Part shown: positions 58,135-64,000 of the stretch, in pieces
Layout: every line of letters begins with the position of its first letter
Numbering within the stretch: the stretch's first letter is position 1
Assembly: GCA_963771465.1 (NCBI GenBank)
Contig: CAVYTU010000010.1
Location: forward strand, 4,380 to 68,379
Length of the DNA stretch: 64,000 bases
Direction: 5' to 3'
Source of the DNA: an uncultured delta proteobacterium
GTDB lineage: Bacteria; Desulfobacterota; Binatia; UBA9968
Made by a program: the position numbers and the translations under genes
Notes under the pieces: generated by a model
What the model was told of the DNA's origin: nothing
The model's database searches: none
The model's input: the letters and a program-made list of their open reading frames with translations, nothing else

Positions 58135-59679
58135 ATGCAACTCAAGGAGCTTGTGACGCTGGAGGAGGTGGCAGAGGCTGCGGGAAATCTGGATCAAGAA
58201 GTGAGCGGGTTGACTTACGATTCGCGCACGGCGAGCGCAGGGCAGGTTTTTTTCGCGATTCCAGGTGAGAAGGCCGACGGCCACGATTTCATCGGCGCGG
58301 CGATCAAGCGCGGCGCGTCCACAGTGGTTTATTCGCGCCCAGGCGACCGGCCGCAAATCGCAGCGTCGGTGCGGGTGAAAGATGTCCGGCGCGCGCTGGG
58401 GATATGGGCGGCACATTTTTATCATCGACCGAGCCAAAGCCTAAAACTTGTCGGCGTGACCGGGACCAACGGCAAAACGACTCTGACCTACTTAGTCGAG
58501 TCGATATTCAAGGCCGCAGGTTTGGCATCCGGCGTGATCGGTACCATCAATTATCGTTACGTCGGCCGGGAAATACCGTCTCATCACACCACGCCGGAGT
58601 CGCTCGATTTGCAGCAAATATTGGCCGCCATGGTCGGCGCGGGCGTGAAGTCGGCCGCCATTGAAGTTTCCTCCCACGCCTTAGCACAGGAGCGAGTACG
58701 TGGATTGGATTTTGACGTCGGTGTTTTTACCAATCTGTCGCGCGATCATCTCGACTACCATGGCGACATGGACGATTACTTTTCGGCCAAGAGCCGGCTG
58801 TTTACCGATTATTTAGATGCCAGTTCAAAGACGGACAAGGCGGCGGTAATTTATGGCGAAGATGCGCGCGGTGGCACACTGGCCGCCATGGCGCGCGCGC
58901 ACGGTTTGGACGTTTGGTTATACGGCGAAGGGTCGACCTGGGATGTGCATCCGTTAACCGTTGAAATGGACGTTTTCGGTTGCCGGGGCAAGATCGCTGC
59001 CAAGGGACGGACGGTGGCATTTGAATCGGCGCTGATCGGCAGCGCTAACTTGCAAAATATTCTCGGCGCGGTGGGCGTCAGTTGCGCGCTCGGGCTTGAA
59101 CCTGACGCCATTGGGGCGGGAATTCGCCAACTCAAAACCGTTCCCGGACGCGTCGAGAAGGTTGAAAACCAGTTCGGCATTACTATTCTCGTCGACTACG
59201 CGCATACGCCGGACGCGCTGGAGAAAGTTCTCGGCACGGTGCGGCCGTTGACCCGCGGTAAGGTGATCACTGTGTTCGGTTGCGGCGGCGATCGCGATCG
59301 CGGCAAAAGGCCGCTGATGGGTGAAATTGCCGCGCGGCTGAGCGATCTCGTGGTCGTGACTTCGGATAATCCGCGGACTGAGGAGGCGTCGGCGATTCTC
59401 GGCGAGATTGAAGCTGGCGTTCAGCAGACTGGCTTGAAGAAGTTTGGGGTTTCGGATGCCGCGTCTCGGTCTGGGGAATTCGATTCCGAGCGCGGTTATT
59501 TCATGGAAGCTGATCGGCGAATGGCGATTCGCGCCGCGCTCCATTGGGCCGCGCCGGGCGATGTGGTTTTGATCGCCGGCAAGGGGCACGAGGACTATCA
59601 AATCCTCGGCACCGAAAAGATTCATTTCGACGATCGGGAGGTGGCTCGCGAGGAATTAGCCGCGCGAGCCGATGCCTAA
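58135..59679 (+). CDS. murE: UDP-N-acetylmuramoyl-L-alanyl-D-glutamate--2,6-diaminopimelate ligase
   Basis: GVTGTNGKTT and the DNPR motif (meso-DAP specificity). Full Mur ligase architecture. Confidence 0.95.
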   Translation: MQLKELVTLEEVAEAAGNLDQEVSGLTYDSRTASAGQVFFAIPGEKADGHDFIGAAIKRGASTVVYSRPGDRPQIAASVRVKDVRRALGIWAAHFYHRPSQSLKLVGVTGTNGKTTLTYLVESIFKAAGLASGVIGTINYRYVGREIPSHHTTPESLDLQQILAAMVGAGVKSAAIEVSSHALAQERVRGLDFDVGVFTNLSRDHLDYHGDMDDYFSAKSRLFTDYLDASSKTDKAAVIYGEDARGGTLAAMARAHGLDVWLYGEGSTWDVHPLTVEMDVFGCRGKIAAKGRTVAFESALIGSANLQNILGAVGVSCALGLEPDAIGAGIRQLKTVPGRVEKVENQFGITILVDYAHTPDALEKVLGTVRPLTRGKVITVFGCGGDRDRGKRPLMGEIAARLSDLVVVTSDNPRTEEASAILGEIEAGVQQTGLKKFGVSDAASRSGEFDSERGYFMEADRRMAIRAALHWAAPGDVVLIAGKGHEDYQILGTEKIHFDDREVAREELAARADA

Positions 59680-61093
59680 ACCACGGAGCATGTCATGGAG
59701 TCGCAGCGAAATACTGGCGGCAACCGGCGGCGCATTAGCGCGCGCGGGAAACCGACTGCGCTTTGGCGCGGTGGTCACTGATTCCAGCAAGGTTAAACCG
59801 GGAACGGTTTTTGTCGCCCTCAAAGGTGAACGCTTCGATGGCCATCGCTTTGTCGCTGACGCTGTCCGACGCGGTGCGGCGTGCGTGATCGTGCATCGGA
59901 GGTTAGCTCGGGAAAAGCTCGGTAACGCAACGGTGATCAGAGTCGACGACACGCTTGGCGCGTTGGGAGATTTGGCGAATTTTCGCCGCCGGCAGTTTGG
60001 CCCCAGGGTGTTGGCGATCACCGGTTCAAACGGCAAGACGACGACCAAGGAAATGGTCGCGGCGATTCTCGAAGAAGCTTCCCTCGAGGGTCGATCGCTA
60101 CGCGGCAAGATATTGAAGACCGAAGGCAATTTTAACAATCTGGTAGGCTTACCCTTGACGCTTTTGCGCTTGCGTAAAAAGGACAAGGTCGCGGTGGTCG
60201 AACTCGGCACCAATTATCCCGGCGAGATCGAGCGTTTGGCTCGGATCGCGGAGCCGGATTTGGCCATTATTACTTCAGTTGCCGCCGCCCATCTCGAAGG
60301 ATTGAACAGTCTCGCCGGCGTGGCGCGGGAAAAGGGCGCGCTCTACCAAAACGTCCGCCGCGGCGGCGCCATCGCGGTGAATCTCGACGATCCCTGGGTG
60401 AAGCGTCTGGGCGCGAAGTTCAAAGGCAAGAAATTTACCTATGGCAGACGCGGCCAGGTGCGCGCGCAAGCGCTCGATCTACACGATGCCAAGGGGGTCG
60501 GCTTTGAGCTCCGCGCGGGCGCCCAGCGATGTAAAATTCACCTGCGCTATCTCGGTCAACACAATGTCGCTAACGCGCTCGGCGCGGCGGCATTGACTCT
60601 CGGCGCCGGCGTTAGCCTAACGGCGGTGCGCCGCGGACTCGTCAAAGCCAAACCCTATGCGATGCGCATGCAGATTCAGCAGTGGCGTGGTGTCGGCGTT
60701 ATCAACGACGCCTACAACGCCAATCCCGCTTCGATGCAGGCGGCGCTGACGACGCTGGCGGATATTCCCTGCCGCGGCCAACGCATCGCGGTTCTCGGCG
60801 ATATGTTCGAGCTCGGCCGGCAGAGCAGCAAGGAACATCGAGCCTTGGGTCGGGCCACGGCGCGGGCGAAAATCGACCGGCTCTATTTGCTGGGCGCCCA
60901 AGCCGGCAAGGTTCGCGCCAGCGCGCTCGGCGCCGGCATGAAGGCGCAGCAAATTTGCATTGGCGCCGATCACAGCGAGTTGGCGCGCCGCATCGGCGCC
61001 ACGGTGAAGCGCGGCGACTGGCTCCTGTTTAAAGGCTCACGCGGCATGAAAATGGAAAATGTTCTGAATCAGCTCACAGGCGGAAAGGCGTAG
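59672..61093 (+). CDS. murF: UDP-N-acetylmuramoyl-tripeptide--D-alanyl-D-alanine ligase
   Basis: [26 protein letters not shown] and [10 protein letters not shown] motifs. The start could instead be ATG 59690. Confidence 0.9.
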   Translation: MPKPRSMSWSRSEILAATGGALARAGNRLRFGAVVTDSSKVKPGTVFVALKGERFDGHRFVADAVRRGAACVIVHRRLAREKLGNATVIRVDDTLGALGDLANFRRRQFGPRVLAITGSNGKTTTKEMVAAILEEASLEGRSLRGKILKTEGNFNNLVGLPLTLLRLRKKDKVAVVELGTNYPGEIERLARIAEPDLAIITSVAAAHLEGLNSLAGVAREKGALYQNVRRGGAIAVNLDDPWVKRLGAKFKGKKFTYGRRGQVRAQALDLHDAKGVGFELRAGAQRCKIHLRYLGQHNVANALGAAALTLGAGVSLTAVRRGLVKAKPYAMRMQIQQWRGVGVINDAYNANPASMQAALTTLADIPCRGQRIAVLGDMFELGRQSSKEHRALGRATARAKIDRLYLLGAQAGKVRASALGAGMKAQQICIGADHSELARRIGATVKRGDWLLFKGSRGMKMENVLNQLTGGKA

Positions 61094-61103
61094 GCGCGCG
61101 GCA

Positions 61104-62180
61104 TTGCTTTACTATTTATCTTTCTTGCTGGCGAGCAGTTATTCCGGCTTTAACGTTTTTCGCTATATCACCTTTCGCGCGGCGATGGCGGCATTATTGG
61201 CGTTGATGATCTCGTTCTTACTGGGACCCTGGTTGATTCGCGTATTGACCGAAAAACAGATCGGCCAGCAGATTCGCGACGACGGCCCGGCTTCTCATGC
61301 GACGAAGGCAGGGACGCCGACCATGGGTGGCGCATTGATTCTGTTGGCATTGCTGATCTCGACCTTGATGCTGGCTGACATCGGCAATCGTTATGTCCTG
61401 CTCGCGCTCATCGCCACGGTGGGGAGCGGCGTCGTCGGCTTCACCGACGATTACTTGAAACTAACTCGTAAGAACAGCAAAGGACTTTCGCCCCGAGCAA
61501 AACTACTCGGACAGTTACTGGTGGCGTTCATCGTCGCTGTGGCGCTTTATAATTTACCGAAATTTAGCACCGAGATCGCGTTTCCGTTCATCAAGACGCT
61601 GCGCGTGAATCTCGATATTTTCTACATCCCGTTCGCCATGCTGGTGATCATCGGTTCGTCCAACGCGGTTAATTTGACCGATGGTCTCGACGGTCTCGCC
61701 ATCGGCCCGGTGATGGTGGCGGCGGCCGCATACGCGATTATCGCGTATGCCACCGGCCACTTGAAATTCGCCGAATATTTGCAGATTCCCTACGTTGCCG
61801 GGGTCGGCGAATTAAGCGTCTTTTGCGCCGCGGTGATGGCCGCCGGTTTGGGATTTCTCTGGTACAACGCCTATCCCGCGCAGATGTTCATGGGCGACGT
61901 CGGTTCGCTTTCCTTGGGCGCGGCGCTCGGCGTGGTCGCAGTGATGACCAAGAACGAGATTCTCTTAATCATTGTCGGCGGCGTCTTTGTCATCGAAGCG
62001 CTGTCGGTGATCTTTCAGGTGGCGTCGTACAAGCTTCGCCGTAAACGGGTTTTTTTGATGGCGCCGATTCATCATCACTATGAGCTTAAGGGTTGGAAGG
62101 AGCCGCAGATCATCGTGCGTTTTTGGATCCTGTCGATCATTTTCGCGGTGATCGGCTTGAGTACGTTGAAACTCAGATGA
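61104..62180 (+). CDS. mraY: Phospho-N-acetylmuramoyl-pentapeptide transferase
   Basis: [30 protein letters not shown] and HHHYEL motifs. TTG start giving MLYYL. Confidence 0.95.
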   Translation: MLYYLSFLLASSYSGFNVFRYITFRAAMAALLALMISFLLGPWLIRVLTEKQIGQQIRDDGPASHATKAGTPTMGGALILLALLISTLMLADIGNRYVLLALIATVGSGVVGFTDDYLKLTRKNSKGLSPRAKLLGQLLVAFIVAVALYNLPKFSTEIAFPFIKTLRVNLDIFYIPFAMLVIIGSSNAVNLTDGLDGLAIGPVMVAAAAYAIIAYATGHLKFAEYLQIPYVAGVGELSVFCAAVMAAGLGFLWYNAYPAQMFMGDVGSLSLGAALGVVAVMTKNEILLIIVGGVFVIEALSVIFQVASYKLRRKRVFLMAPIHHHYELKGWKEPQIIVRFWILSIIFAVIGLSTLKLR

Positions 62181-62195
62181 TCATGGCGCCAAGCG

Positions 62196-63530
62196 ATGGA
62201 ACTGAGCGGCAAAAAGGTTTTGGTGATTGGCCTGGCGCGCACCGGCAGAGAATGCGCCAGATTTCTCGCCCGCCAAGGAGCTCGAGTGTCGGTTAGTGAT
62301 TTGCGCGCCGCCGATGCATTGAAGCCGGAGATGGACGCGCTCGCCGGGCTACCGATCAGTTTCCGTTTGGGCGGCGAAGAGACGAGTTGGCTCGACGACA
62401 TGGATTATGTGGTGCCGAGTCCCGGCGTGCCGATGGACAACTTGATGCTGCGAGAAGCCGTGGCGCGACACCTTCCCGTGTTGAGCGAGATCGAGTTGGC
62501 GCAGCGATTTTTTCGCGCGCCGCTGATCGCGATCACCGGCACCAACGGCAAGAGCACGACGACGACCTTGATTGGCGCAATGCTCAAAGCGGACGGCAGG
62601 AAAACGTTTCTCGGCGGCAACCTCGGCGCACCGTTCATCGGCGCGATTGAGGATCAGTGGGATTGGGGCGTTGTCGAGATCAGCAGTTTTCAATTGGAGT
62701 GGGTGGAAATATTTAAACCGCACATTGCCGTCCATCTCAATGTCACTGAGGACCATTTGGATCGTTACCCAGCCTTCGCCGATTACCGCCGTGCCAAAGA
62801 GCGCATCTTCGCGGCACAGACCGGCGCGGACTGGGCGATTCTCAATCGCGAAGATGAGCGGGTGTGGGCGCTGCGCGACCGGCTCAAAGCGCGGGTGGTT
62901 TCCTTCGGATTCTCTTCGATCGCGCAAGGCGTGTTTGCCACCGACGATGAAATCGTTTGGCGCGCCAATGGCAGCGAAGAACGCTTTTCACTCAAATACG
63001 TGAAAATCCAAGGGGTGCATAATATCGAGAACATGATGGCCGCCGTCGCGGCCGCCAAGTGTGCTGGTGTTTCGCGCCGAGCGATCGAGAAAACGCTCGA
63101 AGAATTCCCCGGCCTAGAACACCGTCTTGAGTTCGTGCGCGAAAAAGACGGCGTTCGCTACTACAATGATTCCAAAGGCACCAACGTCGGCGCGGTGGTG
63201 AAATCGCTGGCGAGTTTTTCCACCCCGGTGATTTTGCTCGCCGGCGGCGTCGATAAGGGCGGCGAGTATACGCCGCTGGTCGATGGCGTCGCGAAAAAAG
63301 TGCGCCGTTTGATTCTGTTCGGCGCGGCGAAGCAAACCATCGCCGCGGCGCTGGGCCATCTGACGACGACGGTGATGGTCGAAGACCTCGGTGCCGCGGT
63401 GCGCGATGCCGCGGCGCATGGCCAGGCCGGCGATGTCGTCTTGTTATCGCCGGCTTGCTCGAGTTTCGATCAGTTTTCGAACTACGCTGAACGCGGCAAA
63501 GTTTTCAAAGCGCGAGTGCAAGAGTTATGA
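62196..63530 (+). CDS. murD: UDP-N-acetylmuramoylalanine--D-glutamate ligase
   Basis: VLVIGLARTG, ITGTNGKSTTT, NDSKGTN and SPACSSFDQF motifs. Confidence 0.95.
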   Translation: MELSGKKVLVIGLARTGRECARFLARQGARVSVSDLRAADALKPEMDALAGLPISFRLGGEETSWLDDMDYVVPSPGVPMDNLMLREAVARHLPVLSEIELAQRFFRAPLIAITGTNGKSTTTTLIGAMLKADGRKTFLGGNLGAPFIGAIEDQWDWGVVEISSFQLEWVEIFKPHIAVHLNVTEDHLDRYPAFADYRRAKERIFAAQTGADWAILNREDERVWALRDRLKARVVSFGFSSIAQGVFATDDEIVWRANGSEERFSLKYVKIQGVHNIENMMAAVAAAKCAGVSRRAIEKTLEEFPGLEHRLEFVREKDGVRYYNDSKGTNVGAVVKSLASFSTPVILLAGGVDKGGEYTPLVDGVAKKVRRLILFGAAKQTIAAALGHLTTTVMVEDLGAAVRDAAAHGQAGDVVLLSPACSSFDQFSNYAERGKVFKARVQEL

Positions 63531-64000
63531 GAGACGGTTGGGCCATCGATAAATGGATGCTGATCGCGGTCGCCGCGCTCTTGGCGCTGGGGATGACCAT
63601 GGTCTTGAGCACCAGCTATCTCTATTCCCAGGAGCGCTTTGCCGATGGCACCTATTTTTTCCGCAAACAGATGATCGCCATGGGTGCCGGATTGGTCCTG
63701 CTGATCGCCTGCTCGCTGCTGCCGTCGGCGCTCTACCGCCACTTCGCCTACCCGTTACTCATCGCGACGTTCGTCGTGCTGATTCTAGTGCTCATTCCCG
63801 GCATCGGCGCCAGCCGCGGCGGCGCGCGGCGCTGGATTTCGCTGGCGGGTTTTGCCTTTCAACCGTCGGAATTGGCCAAACTCGCGATGGTTATTTATCT
63901 GGCGCACTCGATGGCAAAAAAAGAAGCGATGATCCGCACTTTCTCTGTCGGCGTGTTGCCCCATTTAATCGTCGCCGGCGCCTTCGCCGGCGTGCTTTTG
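63527..64000 (+). CDS. ftsW: Peptidoglycan glycosyltransferase FtsW (SEDS family), 5' part only
   Basis: ATGA overlap with murD. Translation is MRDGWAIDKWMLIAVAALLALGMTMVLSTS...RWISLAGFAFQPSELAKLAMVIYLA. It runs off the right edge and is not in the ORF track. Confidence 0.85.
   Translation, partial: MRDGWAIDKWMLIAVAALLALGMTMVLSTSYLYSQERFADGTYFFRKQMIAMGAGLVLLIACSLLPSALYRHFAYPLLIATFVVLILVLIPGIGASRGGARRWISLAGFAFQPSELAKLAMVIYLAHSMAKKEAMIRTFSVGVLPHLIVAGAFAGVLL

Noticed and set aside
1-64000. CRISPR arrays, defence systems, prophage or integrative elements, toxin-antitoxin pairs
   Set aside because: I looked for direct repeats with spacers, integrase, transposase or recombinase motifs, and small paired ORFs. 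None was found. The only repeats are the short intergenic elements reported above.

Overview
64-kb chromosomal window, about 58-60% GC by eye except for a clearly AT-richer left end. I found no rRNA, tRNA, CRISPR array, integrase, transposase or recognisable defence or prophage genes. It looks like an uncultured Gram-negative bacterium rich in solute-binding proteins (SBPs); that taxonomic impression is a guess. I call about 58 protein genes or pseudogenes plus RNase P RNA.

Gene blocks, left to right:
1. 1-3250: low-GC envelope glycosylation genes (GT2, wecB, a frameshifted DUF2029/GT87 gene).
2. DUF3750 and ispF.
3. 4743-10904: a tightly packed Rieske/cytochrome b operon. It has a split cytochrome b, an ORF-track-missed 55-aa membrane ORF, an 899-aa octahaem cytochrome c (TM anchor, long coiled coil, five tandem monohaem modules) and a secreted cupredoxin, and it ends in a strong terminator.
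4. Aldolase, FprA-like reductase, SDR and acs.
5. 16.4-36.5 kb: an SBP-dominated region with four NMT1-like and four family-1 SBPs, one fused permease and no ATPase. Embedded on the minus strand is a putative aromatic or heteroaromatic acid catabolic cluster: VOC, an orphan Mo-hydroxylase large subunit, UbiD, a frameshifted dihydroxyphthalate-decarboxylase-like gene and an atypical asparaginase.
6. Housekeeping membrane genes: APC permease, YihY, AsmA, livHMGF, rhomboid, EamA, M48 peptidase.
7. COG1579 zinc-ribbon gene, a decayed RNase H-like relic and rnpB.
8. The dcw cluster (mraZ ... ftsW) with an extra STAS-domain gene between mraZ and rsmH.

Most worth a second look:
- The respiratory module.
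- The STAS insertion in the dcw cluster.
- A promoter-to-terminator unit that could be a small RNA or attenuator upstream of COG1579.
- A two-copy conserved intergenic element (37.6 kb and 53.7 kb).
- Several short palindromic or tandem intergenic elements that sit just 3' of stop codons, including a MITE-like insertion splitting livM from livG.
- Three disrupted genes, which could be real decay or assembly indels.

All family assignments come from motif recognition by eye. No database search was run.
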